From Geopsychrobacteraceae bacterium (GTDB taxonomy: Bacteria > Desulfobacterota > Desulfuromonadia > Desulfuromonadales > Geopsychrobacteraceae): a stretch of 64,000 nt of DNA. The notes below the pieces were generated by a model that was given only the letters and a program-made list of their open reading frames with translations, was not told where the DNA came from and did not search any database. Each line of letters opens with the position of its first letter. Position 1 is the stretch's first letter. A program made the position numbers and the translations under genes. Shown here in pieces: positions 48,046 through 58,577 of this stretch. The stretch lies in NCBI GenBank assembly GCA_963662315.1, contig OY759353.1, positions 4,224,001-4,288,000 on the forward strand. Direction: 5' to 3'.

Positions 48046-49743
48046 CCTGAATCCGTGAGTTAACAAACTTAAAACTGTTTTCGATCTTTGACAATCAGCT
48101 GATTTTACAGTGCTTTTCTGCTATTCTTGAATCGCATCGAATTTCACCCAAGGAGTTTTGGTTGTGACATTTCCCCGGTTCAAGCTTGAGCAGTCAAAGC
48201 AGGAATTTTACACCTCTCAGTCTGGCCTGGCTCTGGTCGGTGTGGCATTGAATCGCTATACCTCGCTGGCTTCGCGGGTCGATAAAGCGGCTCCCAAACG
48301 GGGAATCGCCACGTCCGATGTCCTGCGCAGCTATCTGGGTCTGCTCTGTCAGGGTAAAAGCGATTTTGCCGCTATCCATCCTTTTTTTGAGGACGATGAG
48401 TTTTTTCGGACCTCGTTGGGGCTAACCAAAACGCCCTCACAGGAAACATTGCGGCAGCGTCTCGATCAGTTCGCCGAGGTCTTGCGGATCATCGTCGACT
48501 TCTGTTCGGTGGAGTTTCTCAAGAAAGCCAAGGCACAACTCTCGCCATTGTCCACTGGGCATATGCCTCTTGATCTGGATGTTTTCACTCTCGACAACTC
48601 GGACACCAAGAAAGAGGGTGTCTCCTACACGTATCGAGGCTTTAACGGTTACGCCCCTCTTGGTGTCTGGCTGGGACTGGAAGGCTGGTGTTTGGAGATC
48701 GAACAGCGTCCCGGTTCCCAGCATGCTCAGGAAGGATTTATCCCTCTGCTGTTACGGGCCTTGCACAAAGCCCATCAGCTAACCGACGCCCCACTGCTGG
48801 TGCGACTGGACAGCGCCCATGATGCCCTGGCGACATTGATCGCCCTGAAAGAGCAGAAGGCCGACTTCATCATCAAATGGAATCCGCGCAACACCGATGT
48901 TCCGATCAAAGCCACGGAAATCTTTGCCCACGGCAAGCTGGTGAAAGACACCAAGGACGAACGGATCGCCATCATGACGGAAACGGTTGAACGGACCTAC
49001 AACGATGGCGAGGGCAAAGACAAAACCATCAAGGTACGTCGTGTTCTGCGTGCCTCTGAGCGCTGGTTTGATCGAAACGGTCCACTTCTGGTTCCCGATA
49101 TCGAGATTGAAGGCTGGTGGACCAGTCTCTCCAGCAACAAGGAGACGATCATCGAACTCTACAAGGGGCATGCCCTGTGCGAGCAGTATCATTCCGAACT
49201 CAAGACCGACCTGGATCTGGAGCGGCTGCCATCGGGCAAGCTTGCGACCAACGCTCTGGTGATGAGCTGTGCCGGGCTGGCGTACAATCTGTTGCGGGCC
49301 ATCGGCCAGGTCGGTCTGATGGACAAAAAACAGGCCCGTCGAGCCAAACAGCGTCGGCGCCTCAAAACCGTACTGCAGGATTTGATGTACTTCGCTGCCC
49401 GATTTCTTCGTCACGCCCATGGCTTGATGCTGCGATTCAGTTGCCATGCGATCAGGCAGGCACAGGCTTTCATCAAGACCTATGAGCATTTTGCCTATGA
49501 CTAATGTCGAAACGCATCAGTACAGTGCTGAAAAATACCGCGGCCAAGGACGTGCACAGTCACGCACGTCCTCAATTTACAAAGGAGCAAGACGAACGAA
49601 AAAATAATCAGCTGAATTGTCAAAGAACGTAGCTACCTGTGCTCATCGGAGTAGATCAGGTCAGCTTTGAATCAAAATTGACTGCGAAAATGGGTTCGCA
49701 GGCAAAGCGTGAAAGTGCCGACTGGCTACCTCACGGATTCAGG
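48046..49743 (+). mobile_element. IS1380-family insertion sequence (1698 bp)
   Basis: 14-bp IR cctgaatccgtgag / ctcacggattcagg; 5-bp target duplication TTTAT at 48041 and 49744. Confidence 0.92.
48158..49504 (+). CDS. IS1380 family transposase
   Basis: LDLD, GYAPL, VRLDSA, Y..HALCEQYHSELKTDL, RLPSGK...N. Confidence 0.92.
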   Translation: MVVTFPRFKLEQSKQEFYTSQSGLALVGVALNRYTSLASRVDKAAPKRGIATSDVLRSYLGLLCQGKSDFAAIHPFFEDDEFFRTSLGLTKTPSQETLRQRLDQFAEVLRIIVDFCSVEFLKKAKAQLSPLSTGHMPLDLDVFTLDNSDTKKEGVSYTYRGFNGYAPLGVWLGLEGWCLEIEQRPGSQHAQEGFIPLLLRALHKAHQLTDAPLLVRLDSAHDALATLIALKEQKADFIIKWNPRNTDVPIKATEIFAHGKLVKDTKDERIAIMTETVERTYNDGEGKDKTIKVRRVLRASERWFDRNGPLLVPDIEIEGWWTSLSSNKETIIELYKGHALCEQYHSELKTDLDLERLPSGKLATNALVMSCAGLAYNLLRAIGQVGLMDKKQARRAKQRRRLKTVLQDLMYFAARFLRHAHGLMLRFSCHAIRQAQAFIKTYEHFAYD

Positions 49744-49782
49744 TTTATAAGTCATAATAAAGGGATGACGTAAGAAGACAAG

Positions 49783-49800
49783 ACTGACAATTTTGTCAGT
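49783..49800. promoter_or_regulatory. Palindromic operator upstream of hxlR-like gene
   Basis: ACTGACAA-TT-TTGTCAGT. Confidence 0.55.
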
Positions 49801-49812
49801 AGCAGGCTATGT

Positions 49813-50160
49813 ATGAAAAAAATGACTTCAAATCATGAAAACCGAATAATGATAGGGCAAAAATGCCCATTGACCATGGCGATGGACGTTATATCTGGCC
49901 GGTGGAAAGCTGTGATCCTTTATCGTCTTATCCATCAGGATATGGGTTTTCATGAGTTACATCGTTCAATTGTCGGTGTGAGCGAAAAGGTATTGGCTCG
50001 GCAATTATCTGCGCTGGCAAAAGACCAATTAATCGAAAAACAGAAACAGGCCCTCCCTGAAAAAACCGTCTATTCTTTAAGTGAGCGAGGTCACCGGCTT
50101 AAACCGATTCTGCTTGATCTGTCAGGGTGGGCAAAAAAGGAGAAGCTGAAACCTTTTTAG
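49813..50160 (+). CDS. HxlR family redox-sensing regulator
   Basis: CP....M.VISGRWK..IL, SEKVLARQL, YSLSERG. Confidence 0.9.
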   Translation: MKKMTSNHENRIMIGQKCPLTMAMDVISGRWKAVILYRLIHQDMGFHELHRSIVGVSEKVLARQLSALAKDQLIEKQKQALPEKTVYSLSERGHRLKPILLDLSGWAKKEKLKPF

Positions 50161-50435
50161 TGAGTTTTTTTGTCTGGCACCAAATTCATTGCAAAACTTT
50201 GAGATTAGCCAGAGATAATGTATAATCACTAACAGCTGTTAATGAAGCAGGTTTTTCGCCTCTTCATGTTTTGGTGTTTAAGATAATTGAGAGTAACAGG
50301 ATCAGGCAACTTCTTTAATCCTGTCGCATATTGGAGGCATACCATATCAAAACACCGCATCCTGTAAACGTTTCCAGAATTAAGTCACAATCAAATCCGA
50401 CTTTGGGGTAACTGATATTGAGAAAGGTGATTCCT

Positions 50436-51239
50436 ATGCGTAACCTTTTTATTTTTATCATGCTGGTGAGCTGTATTTTTTTGCCACTACAGGCTGAAGC
50501 CGCTGGCAAATCCGTAAATCGTCTCGACCGTATCCGGGTTGCTAAGGTTGTACGTGTCTGTATCTGGCCTGACTATTATGGAATCACCTACCGGAATCCT
50601 AAAACTCAAGAACTCTCCGGAATTGATATCGATATGGCTAAAGCGCTTGGTAAAGATTTGGCTGTTGCCGTGCAGTTTGTTGACAGTTCCTTTGCTACGC
50701 TTATTGATGATGTGACGAAGGATCGCTGTGATGTCGCTATGTTTGCTATCGGGATCACACCTTCGCGAGTAAAACACCTGCGTTTTACTCAAAGTCATCT
50801 GGCGAGCGACATTTATGCAATAACGACCAAAACCAACCGCCGGATCAAGAAATGGGAAGATATTGACAGCCCTGGCTCGATTGTGGCGGTGGCCAAAGGT
50901 ACGCTGCATGAGCCTGTTATGAAGGCAAAACTCAAAGCTGCCCAGCTACTTGTTCTTGATACGCCCTTTGCCCGCGAGCAGGAAGTACAGTCAGGACGCG
51001 CCGATGTTTTCATGACGGATTTCCCCTATAGCCAACGGTTTCTGGCCAATGCCGACTGGGCACGTCTTGTTGTGCCACCAAAAACCTATCACGTTACTCC
51101 CTATGCCTATGCCATGAAACTGGACGATGATATTTGGTATGCGCGCATGGAACAGTTCGTCAGCGATATCAAACGTGATGGCCGCCTAATGGCCGCGGCG
51201 AAGCGTCACAAGCTGGAGCCTATCGTCGTCCATGAATAA
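50436..51239 (+). CDS. Periplasmic amino-acid-binding protein (SBP family 3, cyclohexadienyl dehydratase-like)
   Basis: Signal peptide; PDYYG, GIDID, ITPSR, DVFMTD. Confidence 0.85.
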   Translation: MRNLFIFIMLVSCIFLPLQAEAAGKSVNRLDRIRVAKVVRVCIWPDYYGITYRNPKTQELSGIDIDMAKALGKDLAVAVQFVDSSFATLIDDVTKDRCDVAMFAIGITPSRVKHLRFTQSHLASDIYAITTKTNRRIKKWEDIDSPGSIVAVAKGTLHEPVMKAKLKAAQLLVLDTPFAREQEVQSGRADVFMTDFPYSQRFLANADWARLVVPPKTYHVTPYAYAMKLDDDIWYARMEQFVSDIKRDGRLMAAAKRHKLEPIVVHE

Positions 51240-53118
51240 ACAGGCCAGGCGATTACGAAAATATTGTTTTGGCGCCCTGCTGTTTTTCGTCTGTGCGACA
51301 CTCATCCTGACCTCTTATACCCTGTGGCGGCTGCGTTCTGAAGCCATGCTCAATGGTAGCGAAACAGCGGCGATGCATTCGCGAAATTTCGAGGATTTCA
51401 TAACGCAAAGCCTGCACGTTACAAGCCTTATTGGAGCCAATATCCTTGGACAAGGGGGCCGCTTGGCGGACCTTGACGGAATCTCAAAAAAATTTAACAG
51501 GACCTTGCGCCACGCGCCGTTTCTGCGGTCGATCTCGCTGCTTAACGCGGATGGGGTGATAATTGCCAGCTCTAACGCCGCCAATCTCGCTATTATTGCC
51601 GTAGTCGATGATTACTTGCCCCCCACACTAAAAGGGCAGGAAGTTTTGCGGATTGGCCCTCCCTGGACCGGGCGTGACTTCGCTGACGGCCACCCCGGTT
51701 CTGGGGATGAATTTGCGCCAAGGTTCATCCCGATGGTCAGAACTCTGACCGTGAACGGTCAGACGTTAACATTGCTCTTCGCTCTTAACCCTGATTATTT
51801 TGTCAATCACTTGACGCAGACGATCACTGCCGATAAAGGATTGGTCGAGATCGTGCGCTATGATGGGATTTTACTCATGAGCACCGACCCGGACCAACCG
51901 CCGGGAACCTTCCGTGAATATGTCTCCCGCGAGCTCGATCTGGCCGAAGGAGAGTTTGGCGCCTTTGAGCAGCAGCTGGGAGATGGTCTGCATGTCTTGA
52001 CCTCATTTCGTGCCTCCCGTCTCTATCCCTTTGTGGTTGTTACACATCTCAAACGTGACTATGCCCTGCTAAACTGGCAGTCGGAGGCGAATACCCTGGT
52101 GGGAATAGTCGCTCCCACTTTGCTCGTGGTCGTTCTGCTTGTCGTTGTCTTCTACCGACGTCAGCTTCTGCTCATTGTACATCAGGCCGAAAATGAACGG
52201 CTTCAGCGTATCAACGCCACCGTGTTCGATGCAAGTCCCGAGGCGACGTTGATCACCGACCCAAGCGCCACTATTGTCTCGATCAATTCTGCTTTTACTC
52301 GGGTTACGGGCTATCACTCCGAAGAAGTTGTTGGTTTGCCGTTACTGGAATTAATAGAGCCTGATGATAGAGCCACCTTTACAGAAGGTCTCTCCTGGGA
52401 GCATGGGATGAGCAAGGATCCTGTTGAGGTTCGGCAATGCTGTAAAGACGGCAGCCTGATCTGGACTGAAATCATCGCAACCCCCGACCGTAACGAGCGA
52501 GGCATCATCACCGGGTACTACCGGATCAGCAGAAATATAACGGCACGTAAACAGATGGAAGAACAGGTGCGTCAGTTGGCGTTCCATGACCAGCTTACCA
52601 ACCTGCCGAACCGCCGTCTGCTCAATAGCTATTTCGAGTTTTCAGTGGCTGGCAATAAGCGCAATGACCACTATGGTGCCCTTATTTTCATTGATTTGGA
52701 CAATTTTAAGCCGCTCAATGACGGTTATGGGCATGATGCTGGCGATCTGTTGCTGATCGAGGCGGCGTTGCGCTTGAAAAGTTGTGTCCGTGGAACCGAT
52801 ACGGTGGTGCGCTTCGGCGGCGATGAGTTTGTTGTCCTGGTCAGCGGATTGTCCGCAGGTAAGGCAGAATCAACACGGCAAGCTGGTCACATCGCAGAGA
52901 AAATCCGTGGGACCTTGGCTGAACCCTATGTCCTGAATGTTGTCCGGGACGATGGCAGGGCAGAGACTATCACACACCAGTGCACGGCGAGCATCGGAGT
53001 TGCTCAGTTTTTCAAACACGAGGAGCAGGACTGCGTTGTCAAGTGGGCCGATAACGCTATGTATGAAGCCAAGGAAGCAGGGGGGAACTTAGTCCGTTTT
53101 CATGTTTCAAACTGTTGA
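51232..53118 (+). CDS. Diguanylate cyclase (Cache-like sensor, PAS, GGDEF)
   Basis: Two TMs, PAS, HDQLTNLPNR, RGTD I-site, GGDEF. Confidence 0.92.
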   Translation: MNKQARRLRKYCFGALLFFVCATLILTSYTLWRLRSEAMLNGSETAAMHSRNFEDFITQSLHVTSLIGANILGQGGRLADLDGISKKFNRTLRHAPFLRSISLLNADGVIIASSNAANLAIIAVVDDYLPPTLKGQEVLRIGPPWTGRDFADGHPGSGDEFAPRFIPMVRTLTVNGQTLTLLFALNPDYFVNHLTQTITADKGLVEIVRYDGILLMSTDPDQPPGTFREYVSRELDLAEGEFGAFEQQLGDGLHVLTSFRASRLYPFVVVTHLKRDYALLNWQSEANTLVGIVAPTLLVVVLLVVVFYRRQLLLIVHQAENERLQRINATVFDASPEATLITDPSATIVSINSAFTRVTGYHSEEVVGLPLLELIEPDDRATFTEGLSWEHGMSKDPVEVRQCCKDGSLIWTEIIATPDRNERGIITGYYRISRNITARKQMEEQVRQLAFHDQLTNLPNRRLLNSYFEFSVAGNKRNDHYGALIFIDLDNFKPLNDGYGHDAGDLLLIEAALRLKSCVRGTDTVVRFGGDEFVVLVSGLSAGKAESTRQAGHIAEKIRGTLAEPYVLNVVRDDGRAETITHQCTASIGVAQFFKHEEQDCVVKWADNAMYEAKEAGGNLVRFHVSNC

Positions 53119-53320
53119 GCTTGCTTTGCTGCCGTTGCAGGGCTGAGAGAGGCTTTGCCGAAGCCTTATCGCAACTCCCCCAAAGCATTTGCTTATGACG
53201 CGCTCGCTCTGGCTCAGGCGGCTATTGCGAGTGGCTTGATGCTGACCTCAGCATGGGAAAAAAGGCAAAAGGATAGCATCACCTGCCGTCCAATTGCCCT
53301 TTTTAGTTACAACATCAAAT

Positions 53321-53518
53321 TCAACGCTGCGCGCTGTCACGAAGAAAATTATCGATCGATCGGTCATATGTTTTTTCCCCTGCTTCTGAAAAGAAGCACC
53401 CGGGAATTTCGCCGCGGTTCCGATGCTTTGGGACGCACTGGCGGCAGTCTCCCCATGCAGGGCAGGCGGTGTTGCTACAGGTGCAATTGACATTAATGGG
53501 GCTAGAAGTAGCGGGCAT
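53321..53518 (-). CDS. Small Cys-rich protein, DUF6485-like
   Basis: CTC...CP..G.C..CV..H....EIPGCFF...E.TYDRS; AAGGAG RBS. Confidence 0.75.
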   Translation of the reverse strand: MPATSSPINVNCTCSNTACPAWGDCRQCVPKHRNRGEIPGCFFSEAGEKTYDRSIDNFLRDSAQR

Positions 53519-53951
53519 GGTTTCTCCTTTAAGGCTTAGCCAGATTCTATAAGGGGAGATTATTCACATTGGGGCAATTTTTCGTCAAGTTCCAATAGGC
53601 TGCTGACGGTCAAGGTTGGCTCAATCCCCCATGGGTCAAAGATGGCTGTCTGCGAACGGCGCACCCAGATCGTATTCATTCCCGCGCTGTTTGCTCACGG
53701 CTGGAGCAGATTGAAGCTGAGTTTTGTCGTTACCTTGAGCGGGAATGTGACAGGACGCTCAGCCGCCAACGTGCGATCAGCATTATGCTGCATATTTTCG
53801 GTGTGCGGGTGTATGGTTACCAACAGGGGGCGGCTCAGCGCATGCGTGAGGGGCCGCGTGCCGGACTCCCCTGGTTGCCCTGGGCGCAGCTTTAAGCGGG
53901 GTTCTGTCCTCCAGATATCTTCTTTTATCTTTCCAACAGGAGCATGATTTT

Positions 53952-54668
53952 ATGGGGAGAGTACATTTTCTGATGCTTGTCATCCTCTCTGTACTGTTAT
54001 GGGGCTGCTTTCCGCAACCGTTGCTGGCCCAGAGTACTGAAATTGCTGTCACTTCTTCCTCCCGGCAGCTTCTGTTTCAGGCCGAACGGGTTCTTGCAAA
54101 CGTTAAATCAACTCAGTACAGCCATACCTCTGAAGTTGATGAAGCAGAGGGGTTGTATCGTTTGGATTGCTCTGCGTTCATATCTTTTCTTCTCTCTTCT
54201 GTGGTTCCGCAGGCGCTCAGATCTGTCTCTGTTGATCCGCGTCATAGCCATGCCCGCGCTATAAATTTCTATACCAGGTTTAGCAATACTCCTGCGGAGC
54301 GGGCCGACAGGGGGTGGCGGCGCATCGTGCGGCTGATGGATGCAGAACCCGGCGATATCGTGGCCTGGCGCAAAGATCCTCTGCCGAAAAAAGGCAATAC
54401 TGGACATGTGCTGATGATCCTGGAAAAACCGGTAATGGAAGATGATGAAATGATACGTGTGCGCGTTTTGGATGCCTCCAGAAGTGGTCATTTTCAGGAT
54501 ACCCGCAAAAAAGGCAGTGGTGGTGTGGGCGCCGGTATGATGTGGTTCCGGGTTGACAGTGAGGGACGACCTGTTGCTTATCACTGGTCGACACGGAAAA
54601 AGCTATCTGGCGTTTTGCCAATTGCCATTGGTCGGGCTATGGCTGCGGAAAGTAGCGGATCAGACTAG
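53952..54668 (+). CDS. Exported NlpC/P60-CHAP-like cysteine amidase
   Basis: Signal peptide; LDCSAF, PGDIVAW, TGHV. Confidence 0.7.
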   Translation: MGRVHFLMLVILSVLLWGCFPQPLLAQSTEIAVTSSSRQLLFQAERVLANVKSTQYSHTSEVDEAEGLYRLDCSAFISFLLSSVVPQALRSVSVDPRHSHARAINFYTRFSNTPAERADRGWRRIVRLMDAEPGDIVAWRKDPLPKKGNTGHVLMILEKPVMEDDEMIRVRVLDASRSGHFQDTRKKGSGGVGAGMMWFRVDSEGRPVAYHWSTRKKLSGVLPIAIGRAMAAESSGSD

Positions 54669-55068
54669 TGCTTGGCAATGATCGGCATAAGGTTGAGGGC
54701 GAGGTATAGCGGGAATGAGCCAACAATGGGAGCGTTTTTTTGAAGCTATAGATCCTTTGCTAAGCAGACCTAAAGATCTCTGTGGATCGAATCGGCAATA
54801 AATCGACGGCTCTGGAAGCTGCTGCCGTTTTCCCTGCGGGGATTTATACTGTTCAATCTTTATTGTCTTTAACCCTCGCTTAAACACCTTTCTGGTCAAT
54901 GTTTGTTTTAACCTGTGCCTTTGGCGACTGCCAGGACGGTCTATAATCCCGGTACGATTTTCGTTAATCGACGACATTGACCCTGAGTGTGAATATTTTC
55001 CGTTTTACTAAACAATAATTGGCTGTATAAAGTGAGGCCGCTATAGAACACTTAGGGAGAAGTAATGG

Positions 55069-55851
55069 ATGGAAGATATCTCTTTCAATATTTTGGGAAT
55101 GCTGTTTCTTGCCGCTGGTCTGGCCGGATTTATTGATGCCATTGCCGGTGGGGGCGGCCTGATCACCGTTCCGGCATTATTGGCCGCGGGGCTGCCCCCC
55201 GCACAGGTGCTGGCGACCAATAAACTGCAAAGTTCCTTTGGCAGTTTCTCTGCGACTTTTTATTTCGTCCGGAGACGATTGGTATCGCTGAAGCAATTGC
55301 GTTGTGCCATCCTGTTTACCTTCTGCGGGGCTATGACTGGTGCCGAGTTGGTACAGCGTATCGATGCCACCATTCTCACCAGTTTAATTCCTGTTCTGCT
55401 GATTGGTATCTCACTGTATTTTTTGTTGTCGCGTTCGAGTAATCCAGGCAAGGCAAAAGTTTCGGATCTGACCTTTGCGCTGAGTGCCGGTTTTGGTATC
55501 GGTTTTTATGACGGTTTTTTTGGGCCGGGCACCGGGTCTTTGTTTGCGGTTAGTTTTATTGTGCTTGGAGGACTGTCTCTGGTGGAGGCCACCGCCCGAA
55601 CCAAAGTATTGAATTTCACCTCTAATATCTCGGCGCTGATCTTCTTTATTCTGGCCGGGTTGCCAGTCTGGAAGGTGGGGCTGGTCATGGCCGCCGGCCA
55701 GTTTTTTGGCGCCCGCATGGGGGCCAAGGTGGTTGTCACCAAGGGGCAGCGGTGGATTCGTCCGCTGGTGACAGTCATGTCGATGGCGATGGCTATTAAG
55801 CTGCTATGGGGGCAGCATCATGAATGGATCATGGGGTTGTTTTCTTCATGA
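55069..55851 (+). CDS. TSUP (TauE/SafE, YfcA-like) transporter
   Basis: AGFIDAIAGGGGLI, ATNK, GFYDGFFGPGTG. Confidence 0.92.
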   Translation: MEDISFNILGMLFLAAGLAGFIDAIAGGGGLITVPALLAAGLPPAQVLATNKLQSSFGSFSATFYFVRRRLVSLKQLRCAILFTFCGAMTGAELVQRIDATILTSLIPVLLIGISLYFLLSRSSNPGKAKVSDLTFALSAGFGIGFYDGFFGPGTGSLFAVSFIVLGGLSLVEATARTKVLNFTSNISALIFFILAGLPVWKVGLVMAAGQFFGARMGAKVVVTKGQRWIRPLVTVMSMAMAIKLLWGQHHEWIMGLFSS

Positions 55852-55878
55852 TCCTTTGTCCTGGAATGCTCCTGACTT

Positions 55879-56529
55879 TTAACGTTGAAACCTCAGGATA
55901 TCCCCTCGGAAGCTTTGCGCAAGATAATCGGTGTGATCTGGTTTAATGTGAGTGGAGGTATATCCGAATTCCTCCATCATCAGACTTATTTTGTTTTTAC
56001 GTCCCCGACCAGGGTCAACGAGAATAACTTCGCATGCTGAGTTCGCATGTTTCTGAATAAAGTTTGCCAGTAATTGAATATGTTGGTCTTCATAGAGCAG
56101 ATCGCTACCAATAATCAGGTCAAAGAGGCCTAACCGGTCATTATCGTCAGCCCAACCCGTGCGCTCAAAAGCGATGGTTTTACTGTCGTTAAGTCGCGTG
56201 TTTCTTTGTAAAAAATTCTCCACTTCCGGATGGTAATCTGTGGCTGTGACATCCGCAGATTGTTTATTCAGGAGTAAACTGGAAAGGGCGATGCCGCATC
56301 CGACTTCCAAAATCCGCTTTGATCCGGTGTCGTAGTCACACATGTAGTGAGCAAGGACTAAACTTGAGGGCCAAACGACACCAAACATGGGCCAGGATGC
56401 GGAGCATATCCCAAGTTTTTCGGCACGACCTTTCGGATCTTGAAATTGTTGTTTATCGCGTAACGTACAGAGGTGAATATCTATTTTCCCAAACTCTATG
56501 GTCTGGTAGGACAAGCGAAGATCAGTCAT
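55879..56529 (-). CDS. SAM-dependent methyltransferase (Methyltransf_16-like)
   Basis: GVVWPSS..LA, ILEVGCG, TDY, IIGSDLLY. Confidence 0.85.
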   Translation of the reverse strand: MTDLRLSYQTIEFGKIDIHLCTLRDKQQFQDPKGRAEKLGICSASWPMFGVVWPSSLVLAHYMCDYDTGSKRILEVGCGIALSSLLLNKQSADVTATDYHPEVENFLQRNTRLNDSKTIAFERTGWADDNDRLGLFDLIIGSDLLYEDQHIQLLANFIQKHANSACEVILVDPGRGRKNKISLMMEEFGYTSTHIKPDHTDYLAQSFRGDILRFQR

Positions 56530-56836
56530 TATTTTCCTTGAGATAGCAGGCGCTAAGCCAGCTATCCAGGATATATGACATAACGAAGGGTATTGGGCTA
56601 GCTTAACGGTCTGGGGAATAAAAGCAAGGTAATTAATCAGCCAGGGCAGGAACAGTGTCCGTGGTCACGGGCGGTGACGACTACTGCCATGGTCGCGTAA
56701 ACTTTGCTGACGGGAAGGTTCACTCTTTAAACTGTTCCTTTGCATGAAAGAGTGCAGAAAATCTTTTATCAATGTTATTATGCGATTCCATTGAAAATTA
56801 ATTTCAATGCAGTCAATCACAGTGAATGGTATCTCT

Positions 56837-57178
56837 ATGAAAAAAACGTTCAAAATGTCCCACCCTAAAATCAAAGTTCCACGTCTTGTTGAAGCCATCA
56901 AACATGAAGTGAAAAAGTATATCCGGCGCGAGCGGGGTAAAAAACTTCCCTCGGGAGCTGATTTCTGGGATTTTGACTGCCGCTTTGGAGTTGATGAAGC
57001 TAGCAGTGAGGTGATTCATCTTTCTCAGATTAATAAGGCGATTTCCGGTGCTGAAGCCGATCAGCTTGAATCTTTCTATTTGGAAATACTGGCCAAACCC
57101 GGCTATCGGACCAAAATGCCCAGAACAGAGCAGCTGACAGAAGAGACGATGAAGGGGAATGACCACGAGGTTTATTGA
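56837..57178 (+). CDS. DUF6172-like protein
   Basis: KKY.RRER.K.LP.G.DFWDFDCRFG, FYLEILAKPG. Confidence 0.75.
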   Translation: MKKTFKMSHPKIKVPRLVEAIKHEVKKYIRRERGKKLPSGADFWDFDCRFGVDEASSEVIHLSQINKAISGAEADQLESFYLEILAKPGYRTKMPRTEQLTEETMKGNDHEVY

Positions 57179-57198
57179 CCCCTGATCGAACCCTTTGG

Positions 57199-57227
57199 AA
57201 CAAGGCCCTCGCGTGGGGGCCTTTGTT
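57199..57227 (+). terminator. Intrinsic terminator
   Basis: aaggccctc-gcgt-gggggcctt followed by T-rich tract. Confidence 0.6.
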
Positions 57228-57435
57228 GTTTTGGATAACAGTGATAGCACTGGATTTCTGTAGAAAACAGCGCTAGACTCTCCCCCTTTTATTAAGTACC
57301 TGCCCCTGCATAATGAGTTACAAACAAGGACAACCGCGTCCTCATTACTGCTTCAGGTTAACCTATTACGACTGAATATGCCGGTTCTGGGATTCTGCTA
57401 CTGAAACAACAGTTCGGCAGTCTGGAGGATTTAAA

Positions 57436-58449
57436 GTGTTCGATTTTAGTACCGCGACCGTAGCAAAGCTTGTTGTTCATCAGGTCGGCAACAAGCTGAA
57501 CGAAGAAGGAATAACCATCTCAGCCGGAGAAAGTCCGCGCAGTGCCGATCTGGATGAACTGCTGCTGAACAGTTTCCTGATACCGACCCTGAAACGGGGG
57601 CAACAATATCATCTGTTTCATGAGTCAGACCTCAATCTGAATCTCGTCCATCATTACTCCTCCCAGATTTTTGCTGATTCTGAGGCGTTTATGGAGGGGA
57701 GTGAAGCGATTGCGCGTCACCTTTACAGTGCCTCGACCCATCCGAATATTGGTGGCGGAGAATTTCTGGTTATTCTGTTTGATAATATTACCGGTGAGCA
57801 TGAACCTTTGCAGGCGCTGGGGCTGTTCCGGATTGAAAGCCGGAGTCATTACCTTGAAGTGAGTGACGAACAGGGTGTCAACCGGGTTGCCGGACATACC
57901 GGTGTGCCGCTGGAAAAGATTCAGAAAGGTGCGGTGGTGCTGGCCGACAGTTCGAAAGTGTTTGTTGTTGATAACCTGGGTCAGAAGACCAAGTACTGGA
58001 TGGATGATTTTCTGAAGGCGTCGGTGAGTCAGACTCCCAAGGTCTGTGCCAAGGCAGCCGGGGCGTTGCTTAAGGCTATTTCCGGGCAGGTTGAAGCACC
58101 GGGGGATGCTCTTGAATTCGGTCGCCAGCTGGAGGAACGCCTGGCTGAAGAGGAAGAGATGACGGTCGCTGGGCTGAAGGACCTGTCCGGACAGTATCTG
58201 TCAGATGATGAGGTGAATCAGTTGCTTGACAGCGCCAGCCAAATGCATGGTGTCGCTCTGGATGACGATCTGCGCATCGAAAGCAAGAAGCTGTCCCGCT
58301 ACGCCAAGGATGTGGTTACCAAGGCCCGTATCGCTGAAGGGGTAAGTCTACTGATCTCCGATGCCGGGACCAAAATACGTTCCATCGATGTGACCCGGAC
58401 CGATTCCGGTTTCCAGGCGCTGGTTGATATAAAAATTGGCGACAATTAG
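57436..58449 (+). CDS. Nucleoid-associated protein (37-kDa NdpA/YejK-like)
   Basis: VHQVGNK, IARHLY..S.HPNI.GGE, YWMDDFL. Confidence 0.75.
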   Translation: MFDFSTATVAKLVVHQVGNKLNEEGITISAGESPRSADLDELLLNSFLIPTLKRGQQYHLFHESDLNLNLVHHYSSQIFADSEAFMEGSEAIARHLYSASTHPNIGGGEFLVILFDNITGEHEPLQALGLFRIESRSHYLEVSDEQGVNRVAGHTGVPLEKIQKGAVVLADSSKVFVVDNLGQKTKYWMDDFLKASVSQTPKVCAKAAGALLKAISGQVEAPGDALEFGRQLEERLAEEEEMTVAGLKDLSGQYLSDDEVNQLLDSASQMHGVALDDDLRIESKKLSRYAKDVVTKARIAEGVSLLISDAGTKIRSIDVTRTDSGFQALVDIKIGDN

Positions 58450-58512
58450 TTTCTGTTTGTTTCCGAATCAGAATCTATCGGGTTTCTAGCCGAAGTATTC
58501 AGAGACCAACAA

Positions 58513-58567
58513 GAAAATAAAAAAGCCCCGCTAACCGATACTGAATTCGCGGGGCTTTTTTATTTTC
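58513..58567. terminator. Bidirectional terminator between convergent genes
   Basis: gaaaataaaaaagccccgc...gcggggcttttttattttc. Confidence 0.8.
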
Positions 58568-58577
58568 ATCTGTTGAA

